From IMG/VR virus record IMGVR_UViG_3300020595_000024: a DNA stretch of 20,000 bases; one strand, written 5' to 3'. Below, piece by piece: positions 7,656-16,658 of the stretch (position 1 is its first letter; every line of letters starts with the position of its first letter). Both the position numbers and the translations under genes were made by a program. The notes beneath the pieces were generated by a model that was not told the DNA's origin, ran no database searches, and saw only the letters and a list, made by a program, of their open reading frames with translations. The stretch comes from an uncultured virus (IMG/VR IMGVR_UViG_3300020595_000024) (lineage: Duplodnaviria > Heunggongvirae > Uroviricota > Caudoviricetes > Crassvirales).

Positions 7656-10600
7656 TTAATACTCGGTATATGACACTATTAAGTCATGTGCAACCATGCT
7701 TAAATTATTACTATTGTCTATTGACAAGGTTAGCAAAACCCAAGGAGATTTAATCCTATTCATACTATTTTGCTCCCTTGGCAACACTACTGACCAGGTT
7801 CTATTTTTTCTTTTTAAATTCTTTCCTAGTACAAGATCTCTAATGCCACTCTTTTGGTACTCATTAGACAACTCTACTTTATCAAATGAAGAGTCTCTAA
7901 CATCATTGCCAAGAGAATCTTTAGCCTCCATCTTATACATAACATTGTTAAATGTAAACTCTCCATCTCCTTGTACAGGAATTACATTAAAAGATATAGA
8001 AGAGTCGTATGTTACTCCATAAAAGCTTCCGTTGTTTCCTTTAAAGTGACCCCAAAGTTGTTTAGATGTTGGATCAGAAGTAAGCATGTGATTACCTTTG
8101 TTTATGTACCAAGCAGGAGTGTAATCGTAAAAACTAGTAAACTTCTGAAGATTTTCATTCAAACACAAAGTGTAATCATTTCTTTCTCCTACTTCTGCTA
8201 ATCCTGTGCCACCACTGTTAAGTTGTTTCATTGTAAAGTAAACTTCATTGTTTACTGGGTTGTAAGAGAAAGCAGGTCCTTGCCCTATCACAGCATTATC
8301 TTTTACAAGAGAGTCGTAAGTTAAGTTGTTTGCCAGAAAGCTATGAAAACCTTTCTGATCAGACACGTCAATAACTCCTTGGCCATTTGATTGCATCAAA
8401 GACAATGTGTTTAGATCTAAATAATAGAAAGCATTAGGAGTTGCAATTACGCCTCTCTTGTTAAGAGATCCTGACTCAGTACTTAAATATCTATAGTCGT
8501 GAAGTATTCCACCAGTACCAAGCTCAATACTTTCTCCGTCTCCAGGAGCCACTTGAACTCTAGGATTAATGTTTATAAGAGCCAATGCTGTATCCTGAAA
8601 TGCAATTATGTTGTCTTTAAAGTTTAACGTAGCATTAATAGGTCCGTACTTTCCGTCCAAATCCATCGTCTCATTTTCTAAGAAGTCAGTCCAAGAATCA
8701 ATTTTTTCTCCAGGAGTTTTTAGCTTTGTGCTAATTATTCTTCCGTCAAATTCTTTAACTTTCTTAAAGCTAAACCCTGGATCAGTAGTCTGAACTAGGT
8801 TAGCTTCTTGAGAATAAACTGGATTGTATTCCTGGTACTCATTATACCTTGGGTGGTATCTGTTGTCCCAAGGGTATATTGATATATCATTTCTATTCTT
8901 AAGATCAATTGATGTTTCAACCATAAAGCTAACAAACTCAGTACACTGAGAAAGACTTCTATCGCTAACTTCAGTATCAGTTTTAGATAGCTTTGTAAAA
9001 ATAAACTCTTGAACAAAAGTATCTCCAGCAGAATCTATTTGAAGTTCAGTTGTATCAACGCTTGCATAACCACCAACTTCTATGTATGTAGAGGTAGTCT
9101 TTGATTCATAGGAGTTTCCTCCGTATATGTTTCCAGCGTATAGAAATTGATCTGGCTTAAAAAATTCTGCAGTAAGTATACCAAATCCGTCTCCTCCTGA
9201 TGGAGCAGCAGCTGCGTATATTTCTTCTATTGATTTTCTCCAGCTAATTGGCACACTAGCATCATCTGTTCCTTCAGCAAAAGTTATACACTTTGCTCCC
9301 CAAGAGTTTACGCCTACTATTTGCTGAGGACTATCTGCCGCATCCGCATTCTCCCAGTTGTCCATCAAAAGAGTCTCTAAACTATTAGAGTATCTTAAGC
9401 CAGATATTCCATTGTAAGGAGTAAAGCCAGCACCTCTTTCAGTTACCTCTGGAGTTCCAAAAGTATTGTAAACTTCTACACCCGTAGATGGGTGAAATGT
9501 TTTATGTCTTTTATATAGTTGAGAAAATCCTGTTGCATCACTATTTTCTGTTGGACCCCATATACCTTGATCACCCATGTGTTCAGGCTCTCCTTCTATA
9601 GGCTCTAATATTACAGGGTTTACAACATTTGTTACAGTTATTATACCAGTAGTAGGATCTACACTTAGTGAAGTTGGATCTACTGCCCATCCATTTCTAA
9701 ACTTAGCTTCTGATGTATTCTGCTTTGTGACTGGGTTCCATTCCCCGTTCCAAGCACCAGACTCTTCTAGTTCTTGTAATCCAAGAACCCTAAGCTTATA
9801 AGAAGAATCTATTTCTATATTTTCAAATAATAGCTCAGGAGTATACATCTGCATAAGCTTGTTGAATTGCCAAGTTTGTGCAAGAAAATCATCACCAGTA
9901 CCAGCGGTGTAACCTTCTGTAAAGTAATTATAACCCCATGCAGGAGCCTGTCCAGGATAATTTTTTTGTGAGATGTCTCTACCGTTATGGTATGCAGCTA
10001 TTAAGTTTTTTCTTTGAGTATTAGTAAAAGGATCTGCCTCACCAAACTGTCTTGTCAAAGAAGGTAGCTTAGAAGCAGTTTCTTCATAACCAATCGTGTA
10101 CATAGAAGTTTTGTCCGTGGATCTACTGTTTACTAACATTCCATTAAGCATTCCTTGAGTAAGGATAGTCCTGTCTGACAAGGTTCTTTCTGCTCTAACT
10201 ATTTTGTATCCAACAGGCTTTTGACCTTTTTCAAATGCAGTAGTGGCTAGCCAAGTTGCAAAAGCAGGTTTTGTTTCAAACTTTACAGTATTAAACTTTC
10301 CTTCTAAATTACCGACAGGTGCTTTTATATCACACAACCATTTAGGAGGAGTTGTTTGTCCAACATTATTATAGAACACTATACCAAACCTATATATCTC
10401 TCTATCCTTTAAGTATCTGTTTAATACAGATTCTTCTTCGTTAAATTCTTTTTGATTAATACTAAGTCTAAAGTATTTACCTTCTGCTCCATAGCTAGTA
10501 ACAGCGTCAGTTCCATCAGTACTTACTTCACTATATGTCAGGCCATTTGAGTCAGTTACAACAGTGTCAAGTCTATTACCTACAGTAGTGCTTAAAATCC

Positions 10601-12173
10601 TTAAATAAACTTTATTGCCAAATGGGTTAGAAGTTAGTACTGATGAAATGTGTTCACTAACATTAGTGTTTATATAATCTCTCATCTTTACTGCAACTTG
10701 CTCTTTAGTATCTCCACCAGAAACAGGAACATTATATGTAGTTCCATCTATTGATATAGATACAAGAGAATTAGCAGTAGCAGATCCAGAAAGCTCTATT
10801 CTAGTATACTCTCCAGTACCTCCAGTTTCATTGCCTGGTGCAACAAAAGGATATGTAATGTAGCTTCTGTTTATTGCGTCATGCTTTTCTGGCAGCTCGT
10901 AAGTTGTTGTATCTATTTGTGTTTCAGACCCACTTAAGTTTCCGTCAATAAAGCTAATGTCTTCCCAAACCTTAACTTCCCCAGTAGCACTATGGCCATA
11001 TATTCTTGTATCAAGATCAACATCAAATGATCTTTCTTTAAAGTTAAAAGCAAATAGTCTATTGTCTTTTGATTCTATGTGCTTAGGAGTTATTGGGTTG
11101 GAACCCAAGAAAATGAACTCAGAAAGATTTAATGGCTCAATTATAGTACCTGCATCAAAGTAACTGAATACATCGTAATTTCCTATTTCTCTATCTGCAA
11201 TTAATCCTATTTCAGGAACAGTATTTTTTGCTGTATACTTTATAGCATAAAGTCTTATGTGAGTAAAGTCTTTGTCAATGTTTTCTACATTAACAGTAAC
11301 TGTTCTAGATACATTTTCATTGACAGCTCCTCCACCTCTAAGAGGTCCATTGTCTAAAGCCTGTGATTCAGACAAAGGAGATATAGATGTTTGTGATCCA
11401 TTTAAAATATACAAGTTATATGCATACTGAATCTTACCGGCAGTGTGTTCACCACCAGGGGCAGTATCCTTTATTATAGGAGCAGACAAATTAAATTCAC
11501 TAACAATGTTTATTGAAGAGGTTTTTATGTCTACCAAATTCAATAGGTCACCATTGTCTATGCTTTGTCTAATGTTCATAAACCTAAGTTGGTTTATTCC
11601 ATCTGTAAAATATATTTTTTCTATAATAGAATTTTCGTAATTGTAAACAACTTGAACAAGATTCTGTTTGCTAAGATTAAGATCATTAACATAAAGAAGG
11701 TCAAGATCTATTCTGTCTCTGTCTACATTAGAAACCTCCCAAAAACAATCCCATCCATTGTCATCACTAGTAACTATGATAGCACCATTTCTAGTATCGC
11801 AAACCCCTATGATAACTTGGTCGCCCGAAGTATCACCATTAGAATAATTATCTTCTAATTCGCAAAACTCAAATGTCCCGGGACTTCCTAAGACTGGTAT
11901 CTTTGAATAAGGTAAGTGTTTCATTGATCCACTAACGGCATTGTAATCTTTGTTAAGATAAGATAACCTAGTGTTTGTGTGGTCAATAGTTACAGCAGGT
12001 ATGCTAAACTCTAACTCATTACCTTTTTCATTAGTCAGTGCAAATGAACTTCTCTGATCACTAGCAACTACTCTTATATTCTTTGCTGATACGTATGTTT
12101 CTGGATTGCTTTTAGACTTAGCAAAGTCTTGAGACATACCTCCCGTATAGCCTAGCTTGTGTTGTCTTATCAT
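7656..12173 (-). CDS. Tail stabilisation / muzzle protein (P22 gp10-like, crAss-like muzzle)
   Basis: 1505-aa beta-rich ORF. N-terminal GGMSQDFAKSK...AKNIR...LTNEKGN, KIYFTDGINQLRFMNI, IQYAYNLY..NGSQT, EIYRFGIVFYN, IDSWTDF...LDGKYGPI...FQD, and LCLNENLQKFTSFYDY match the family as I recall it. Directly follows the tubular protein gene. Confidence 0.85.
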   Translation of the reverse strand: MIRQHKLGYTGGMSQDFAKSKSNPETYVSAKNIRVVASDQRSSFALTNEKGNELEFSIPAVTIDHTNTRLSYLNKDYNAVSGSMKHLPYSKIPVLGSPGTFEFCELEDNYSNGDTSGDQVIIGVCDTRNGAIIVTSDDNGWDCFWEVSNVDRDRIDLDLLYVNDLNLSKQNLVQVVYNYENSIIEKIYFTDGINQLRFMNIRQSIDNGDLLNLVDIKTSSINIVSEFNLSAPIIKDTAPGGEHTAGKIQYAYNLYILNGSQTSISPLSESQALDNGPLRGGGAVNENVSRTVTVNVENIDKDFTHIRLYAIKYTAKNTVPEIGLIADREIGNYDVFSYFDAGTIIEPLNLSEFIFLGSNPITPKHIESKDNRLFAFNFKERSFDVDLDTRIYGHSATGEVKVWEDISFIDGNLSGSETQIDTTTYELPEKHDAINRSYITYPFVAPGNETGGTGEYTRIELSGSATANSLVSISIDGTTYNVPVSGGDTKEQVAVKMRDYINTNVSEHISSVLTSNPFGNKVYLRILSTTVGNRLDTVVTDSNGLTYSEVSTDGTDAVTSYGAEGKYFRLSINQKEFNEEESVLNRYLKDREIYRFGIVFYNNVGQTTPPKWLCDIKAPVGNLEGKFNTVKFETKPAFATWLATTAFEKGQKPVGYKIVRAERTLSDRTILTQGMLNGMLVNSRSTDKTSMYTIGYEETASKLPSLTRQFGEADPFTNTQRKNLIAAYHNGRDISQKNYPGQAPAWGYNYFTEGYTAGTGDDFLAQTWQFNKLMQMYTPELLFENIEIDSSYKLRVLGLQELEESGAWNGEWNPVTKQNTSEAKFRNGWAVDPTSLSVDPTTGIITVTNVVNPVILEPIEGEPEHMGDQGIWGPTENSDATGFSQLYKRHKTFHPSTGVEVYNTFGTPEVTERGAGFTPYNGISGLRYSNSLETLLMDNWENADAADSPQQIVGVNSWGAKCITFAEGTDDASVPISWRKSIEEIYAAAAPSGGDGFGILTAEFFKPDQFLYAGNIYGGNSYESKTTSTYIEVGGYASVDTTELQIDSAGDTFVQEFIFTKLSKTDTEVSDRSLSQCTEFVSFMVETSIDLKNRNDISIYPWDNRYHPRYNEYQEYNPVYSQEANLVQTTDPGFSFKKVKEFDGRIISTKLKTPGEKIDSWTDFLENETMDLDGKYGPINATLNFKDNIIAFQDTALALININPRVQVAPGDGESIELGTGGILHDYRYLSTESGSLNKRGVIATPNAFYYLDLNTLSLMQSNGQGVIDVSDQKGFHSFLANNLTYDSLVKDNAVIGQGPAFSYNPVNNEVYFTMKQLNSGGTGLAEVGERNDYTLCLNENLQKFTSFYDYTPAWYINKGNHMLTSDPTSKQLWGHFKGNNGSFYGVTYDSSISFNVIPVQGDGEFTFNNVMYKMEAKDSLGNDVRDSSFDKVELSNEYQKSGIRDLVLGKNLKRKNRTWSVVLPREQNSMNRIKSPWVLLTLSIDNSNNLSMVAHDLIVSYTEY

Positions 12174-12174
12174 G

Positions 12175-12885
12175 TTATTGTATTTTTAAGAATTCTTGAC
12201 TACCTAGAAATTTAAACCTGTTCTGGAACTCAGTCCTAGAAGGAAGTATCTTAGTCATAGAATTAACAAGTGCTTCCATCTCTGCTTCGTCAGGCATCTG
12301 TAAGTTAGATTGTGCCTGGCCAACATAGTAAGAATAATCTATTTCTGCTTTTTGTAATTTTGCTCCAGAGATCTTATCCAGGTCATTAAGGATATCAAAC
12401 CACTGGTATTTTATGTATGCTCGTAGTGCTCTTATAAGTTCCTGATTGTCAGGTATAAGAGGATAACACTCTTCATCTGTAGCAATTGCTTTGTATATAA
12501 TTAGTAGCTTACCTTCTTCAAAGTTAGGAAAGATTCTAGAATTATTAAGTGTGTAAGATAATCCGCCAGCTTGTCCAGCAGCAGAAGAATAAGAGTCATA
12601 GTGAGCAGCCAAAGTATCCTGGTTGTCACTCATTGGAGTTAGAGTTCCGCCAGCTTCAACTTTCATCACAGCATTTACGTTAATGATATCTATAGGAAGA
12701 GATCCTTTAAAGTTCTTTACCTGTATAACTTCTTCTTTAGATACAAACATTGCTGGAGTACCAACAATACGCATACACTCTACAGCGTTAGATACAATAA
12801 ATTCCCAAGACAAATCTTTTAGTAAAGGGTTCTGCATTAGTGTATCAGCAATAAGCTTTATAGATACTAGTTTTCCATTTTTCAT
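12175..12885 (-). CDS. Tail tubular / ring protein (P22 gp4-like, crAss-like ring protein 1)
   Basis: 236 aa. VSIKLIADTLMQNPLLKDL...GSLPID...YKAIATDEECYPLIPDN...RALRAYIK...YSYYVGQAQ pattern. Located between the IHF-like and muzzle genes. Confidence 0.85.
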   Translation of the reverse strand: MKNGKLVSIKLIADTLMQNPLLKDLSWEFIVSNAVECMRIVGTPAMFVSKEEVIQVKNFKGSLPIDIINVNAVMKVEAGGTLTPMSDNQDTLAAHYDSYSSAAGQAGGLSYTLNNSRIFPNFEEGKLLIIYKAIATDEECYPLIPDNQELIRALRAYIKYQWFDILNDLDKISGAKLQKAEIDYSYYVGQAQSNLQMPDEAEMEALVNSMTKILPSRTEFQNRFKFLGSQEFLKIQ

Positions 12886-12893
12886 TTCTTATC

Positions 12894-13400
12894 TTATTTT
12901 ATAAAAGCATCAATTCTTCCTTTGAAGATACTTCTGCTTAGGTTTCTTTTTAGTTCTCTGTTAAATCTAATTTTGTATACAGACTTATTTTTGTACAGTG
13001 CCTTACTCTTCAGGTAAGATACTTTAAATGTGTATCCATCAGTGTGCTCGTTAGTGAACTTTATACTTATCTTTTTTTCTTTTGCTTCAGGATTAGACTT
13101 CCAGAACTCTCTTGTAGCTTTCCAGTTTACAGGTAGATTGTTTACTATGTTCCCATTTTCATCAACCTTAACCTCAGTCTTAATCTTTCTTAGTTCTACC
13201 CTTCCAATACGGCACGGTAGGATAAAGCCAGCTCCTTTACTAGATATCTTTTCTCTAAGGTGAGAATTAAAACTATTCAGTATTAATCCATACTCCCCTC
13301 TGGTCATTTCTATCTCAGGGTTACTCTTCTTAAAGTCCCTGTAAAAGTCATTAGCTCCATAGTCGCTCTTAACAAAATGATTCCTCTTATCCTCAATCAT
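12894..13400 (-). CDS. IHF/HU-like DNA-binding protein conserved in crAss-like structural modules
   Basis: 168 aa, basic. DFYRDFKK...YGLILNSFN...FILPCRIGRVELRK...LPVNWKAT...FNRELKRNLS pattern. Canonical position upstream of the tubular gene. Confidence 0.8.
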   Translation of the reverse strand: MIEDKRNHFVKSDYGANDFYRDFKKSNPEIEMTRGEYGLILNSFNSHLREKISSKGAGFILPCRIGRVELRKIKTEVKVDENGNIVNNLPVNWKATREFWKSNPEAKEKKISIKFTNEHTDGYTFKVSYLKSKALYKNKSVYKIRFNRELKRNLSRSIFKGRIDAFIK

Positions 13401-13403
13401 AGT

Positions 13404-14093
13404 TTATGCTTTTTCTTGTCTCTTATCCTCTGAGTCATTAATGTTGTCTTCAGGTAACTGAAGTCTGGTAGCTAAACCTTTCATAACAACTCCAAGAACT
13501 ATGTCCTGCAGTGCAAGCTCCAAAGGATACTCTTCATCCCATGGCTCACATTCCTGTGACGCTGATGTGCATTTTAATTCAGCAGCTAGCTCAGGGCTTT
13601 CGTAAACTCCATCTACTCTTACTGCTTCCATAAACATGTGCTTCTTGTTTGCCGATACTAAGTAAAGATATCTGTCCACATCAACTGCAGCATATATCAT
13701 GTTAGCTGTAAATGTGTTGTGACCAATCATAGGTAACCTTTCTACAGGAACAATGTTTATCTGAGTTGACTGTCTGTCGTATCTCTTTACTCTAAGCAAC
13801 GCTCCGTCACCTCCTTTTATAGATATTCCTTTTGGCAACCTTTCTGTGCTTCTTAGTATTTTTCCTAAACACCTAGCTCCTTGAACAGAGTCTGCTGGAA
13901 CAAGCCCAATACACACTTCTTGTCTAAGCTCTATAGGAAGGTTCCAATCTTTGTTGCCATACATCTGTTTTAGAGTGGTAGCTCTAGCAGCATCGATAAG
14001 ACTAGATATCAACTCCTGAGACACATCAGTGTCATCAGACTGAATCTTAAGCCCCTCCATTACTGTAAAAATTAGTTCTCTTTTAGTTGCCAT
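13404..14093 (-). CDS. Tail ring protein (crAss-like ring protein 2-like)
   Basis: 229 aa. MATKRELIFTVMEGLKIQSDDTD...QEVCIGL...ILRSTERLP...DRYLYL...GVYESP...CEPWDEEYPLE...PEDNINDSED pattern plus synteny. Confidence 0.75.
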   Translation of the reverse strand: MATKRELIFTVMEGLKIQSDDTDVSQELISSLIDAARATTLKQMYGNKDWNLPIELRQEVCIGLVPADSVQGARCLGKILRSTERLPKGISIKGGDGALLRVKRYDRQSTQINIVPVERLPMIGHNTFTANMIYAAVDVDRYLYLVSANKKHMFMEAVRVDGVYESPELAAELKCTSASQECEPWDEEYPLELALQDIVLGVVMKGLATRLQLPEDNINDSEDKRQEKA

Positions 14094-14125
14094 TTGTATT
14101 CTTTTTTAATTTAGTTATTTAAACC

Positions 14126-14164
14126 TCAGAAAGGCTAACCTATAAATAGGATAGCCTTCGCTGA
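14126..14164. terminator. Long interrupted stem-loop downstream of the phosphoesterase gene (possible terminator or processing site)
   Basis: TCAG-a-AAGGCTA-a-CCTAT-aa-ATAGG-a-TAGCCTT-cg-CTGA. Only a weak U-tract on either side. Confidence 0.45.
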
Positions 14165-14194
14165 ATTTTCTTAATTTGTTTTATAAATTTCTCA

Positions 14195-15163
14195 CTAGTT
14201 TTTGTATTTTTCTAAATCCATTGCTACTAGTATAGGCTGGTTACCTCCATCGAGTACTACTCCACATCCTATTGCATTTTTCTTTCCTCCAGCTGCATAA
14301 GCAAAAGCATATTGGCTGTCATCAATTCCACATCCTACTGCCATTGCAAATAAACTTCTGGTCTTGCCAAACATAAAGTCAATGTAGAAGTCTGTGTGAT
14401 AATGGCCAGTAACTGTAGACACCATGTCTCTTCTTGTTGCAGTTCTTGCTTTAGAGCTCTTATGTCCGTGAACATATCTAATTCCGTTAATGTAAGTATC
14501 TGTAACCCATTTCCAATTTGGTGTGCCTAATACGTCATTAAAATCTTTAATCCATATCTTTGGCACACCCGAATCAAAAGCTTTACGCATAATTATTGCA
14601 TCGTGATTACCTATACAAATCTCCGCTTGGGGAAATGCTGCGTACCAATCCTTAACTCTCTCAATACATAACTCAAGTTCTGCTCCTCCTCCTAGTCCGT
14701 CAGGATCTGTAGCATGAAATGAACTGTAGTGCGAGTCAATTATGTCTCCAATGAATACTACTCTATTACATTTGTGTTTCTTATAAGTATCTATACAAAA
14801 TTCTAAATACCCTGGTCTCTCAAATGGCAAGTGTAAATCACCGATTACTAGTACATTATATTTTTTTTCTTTTCTTACTTTTACTGTTGGCCTTTTCTTA
14901 GGTGTTTCATATCCTAGTCTTTCAGCTAACTCAGCAAACTTTGCTTCAACATCATTGCTCTCTTCAAATTGAATTGGAACAATAGGTACAATCTCTATAC
15001 CCTTCAGTTCTTGTCTAGCTGCCTTCTTAGCCGCTTTTATTATCATTAGCTGATTACCACTCACATTTTTTATTTTGAGCTTCTTAGCTATTCTTTCTAG
15101 TCCAGATTTTAAATGACTTGGGTTACTTAAAATCAATTCTCTTACTCTCTCCTCTAATCTCAT
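14195..15163 (-). CDS. Calcineurin-like metallophosphoesterase with a basic N-terminal extension
   Basis: All five motifs are present: IGDLH, FIGDIID, IGNHD, YVHGH, TGHYH. About 100 aa of Lys/Arg-rich, probably helical N-terminus. Confidence 0.9.
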   Translation of the reverse strand: MRLEERVRELILSNPSHLKSGLERIAKKLKIKNVSGNQLMIIKAAKKAARQELKGIEIVPIVPIQFEESNDVEAKFAELAERLGYETPKKRPTVKVRKEKKYNVLVIGDLHLPFERPGYLEFCIDTYKKHKCNRVVFIGDIIDSHYSSFHATDPDGLGGGAELELCIERVKDWYAAFPQAEICIGNHDAIIMRKAFDSGVPKIWIKDFNDVLGTPNWKWVTDTYINGIRYVHGHKSSKARTATRRDMVSTVTGHYHTDFYIDFMFGKTRSLFAMAVGCGIDDSQYAFAYAAGGKKNAIGCGVVLDGGNQPILVAMDLEKYKN

Positions 15164-15195
15164 AATTTGTTTTTATTAGTTAATCACAACTGAAA

Positions 15196-15228
15196 CAAAT
15201 ATACGAAACTTTTAGTTAACAATCCAAA
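15196..15228 (-). promoter_or_regulatory. Bacteroidota sigma-A type promoter for the phosphoesterase gene
   Basis: Minus strand TTTG (15228-15225), 21-nt spacer, TATATTTG (15203-15196). Shares AATTTGGAT with the 3137-3170 promoter. Confidence 0.75.
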
Positions 15229-15262
15229 TTAACTATAATGCATTTAGCATTAGTTATTAACA

Positions 15263-15613
15263 TTAATCTTTAAGAAGAGTTACAGTTTCTGAATAATCTG
15301 CAAGTCTACTGGCTGTGTATCCAACCCTTGTTACTTCCAAAAGCCCGTCTGTAAAGGTTCCTAAAGTGCCTGATGTCGAAAGAGTGAAGATAATGCTCAT
15401 AGAGTTTGAGAAAGTAAAGTTTCCGTTAACAAGAGTAGTCTCAACACCATCTTCAGTAATGACTTTGTTAGATCCAGGAACAGTTAAGGTCAAGATCTCA
15501 CCATTAGGTGCTCCTATTTCATACTCATAAACAACACTATGGCCCGTGTCTTTTGCAGATGTTCTAGTAACATAGAACTCAGCTGCTTCAAAAAATACTT
15601 CAAATTTTCCCAT
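15263..15613 (-). CDS. Small beta-rich virion accessory protein (putative fibre tip)
   Basis: 116 aa, Thr/Val/Gly-rich. Start overlaps the upstream stop (TAATG at 15613), indicating translational coupling. Confidence 0.6.
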   Translation of the reverse strand: MGKFEVFFEAAEFYVTRTSAKDTGHSVVYEYEIGAPNGEILTLTVPGSNKVITEDGVETTLVNGNFTFSNSMSIIFTLSTSGTLGTFTDGLLEVTRVGYTASRLADYSETVTLLKD

Positions 15614-16356
15614 TATACTATTTCGTTAGAGTACGATCCAGCAGAGTCAGCTATCTCGAAGTTAAAAGATCCTGATCCAAAACCTGTAAAACCTGTAGGT
15701 CCAACAAAGGTTAAGAATCCGCTAGTTATGTCAGCAAAGTCTATCTCTGCATTAAGAAGTGCTGGCTTACCTTTATATTTAATAGTACCGTTAGTTGGTA
15801 AAGAGGTTAGCTTTAACTTGTCAGGAGTATTTCCTTCTGCGTCAGAATACGCAGGAGTAGTGTCTGTTGTAAACATTGCTGCTGTAAATGTAAGGGTGAG
15901 CCCATAAAACAGTGTAGCTGTATTGTCTCCTATAACTGGAGGTGTATTTGCTTCTGCAAGTACACTAGCACTAATGGTTCCTATTACCGACCCAAAAGAA
16001 TTGGATACAACATCAGAAGCAAAGTATGTAAAGTTTGATGTATGTGCAGTAGCATCAGAACTATCATCTACAAAAGTAAGTAGTCCAGAAGCTATGTCTG
16101 TAACATCTATCTCTTGTCCGACAATAATGTCTGTTCCTGTTAACTGAAAGCTTCCTGCTACATTTGTTAATGTGTCTATCTTTATCTTGCTTATAGCGTG
16201 TCCTTGTGGGTGACTATATACAGGTGCACAGTTTGTTGTGAAGTCATTTTCAGAAAAAGTAAAACTTCCTGCGTGAGGTAAAGTAATAGTTATAGATCCT
16301 ACTTGGTTAGGAGTTGCAGCTACTGGAGCTGTTGTTGTTATTGTAAATAATGCCAT
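15613..16356 (-). CDS. Two-repeat Ig/cadherin-like protein (putative fibre shaft subunit)
   Basis: 247 aa. Two copies of FT...P.YS...G....KI.I..L...G.....G.......EID..DI.SG.LTFV....F.Y/F...D. Confidence 0.7.
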   Translation of the reverse strand: MALFTITTTAPVAATPNQVGSITITLPHAGSFTFSENDFTTNCAPVYSHPQGHAISKIKIDTLTNVAGSFQLTGTDIIVGQEIDVTDIASGLLTFVDDSSDATAHTSNFTYFASDVVSNSFGSVIGTISASVLAEANTPPVIGDNTATLFYGLTLTFTAAMFTTDTTPAYSDAEGNTPDKLKLTSLPTNGTIKYKGKPALLNAEIDFADITSGFLTFVGPTGFTGFGSGSFNFEIADSAGSYSNEIV

Positions 16357-16357
16357 T

Positions 16358-16657
16358 TTAACAATTTGATTTTATGTACACGCTATTTTCATCTAGCGTT
16401 ATGAATGTTCCTTTAGGTATGTTATAGTCTTTCTTTAGACCAGTAGTGTTCTTTAGTGTAGTAAGACCTGAATCAGAATACACAGTAACTCCAAGTGTAA
16501 ATGAAGTTCCGTCATGATAAGCTACAGAGTCAACTGCTCTGTAAACTAGTGGGTCAGTACATCTACTTGCTTCTTGTGAAGAGATCTTAATCTCTGAAGC
16601 AGATGGAGGAGTAACTGTGTCATCACTCCTCTTTGCTGTAATATTTAATATAGCCAT
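16358..16657 (-). CDS. Small virion accessory protein with a two-Cys beta domain (putative fibre tip)
   Basis: 99 aa. C...AYHDG...LGVTVYSDSGLTT...C(terminal). One-nt spacers to both neighbouring genes. Confidence 0.6.
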   Translation of the reverse strand: MAILNITAKRSDDTVTPPSASEIKISSQEASRCTDPLVYRAVDSVAYHDGTSFTLGVTVYSDSGLTTLKNTTGLKKDYNIPKGTFITLDENSVYIKSNC

Positions 16658-16658
16658 A

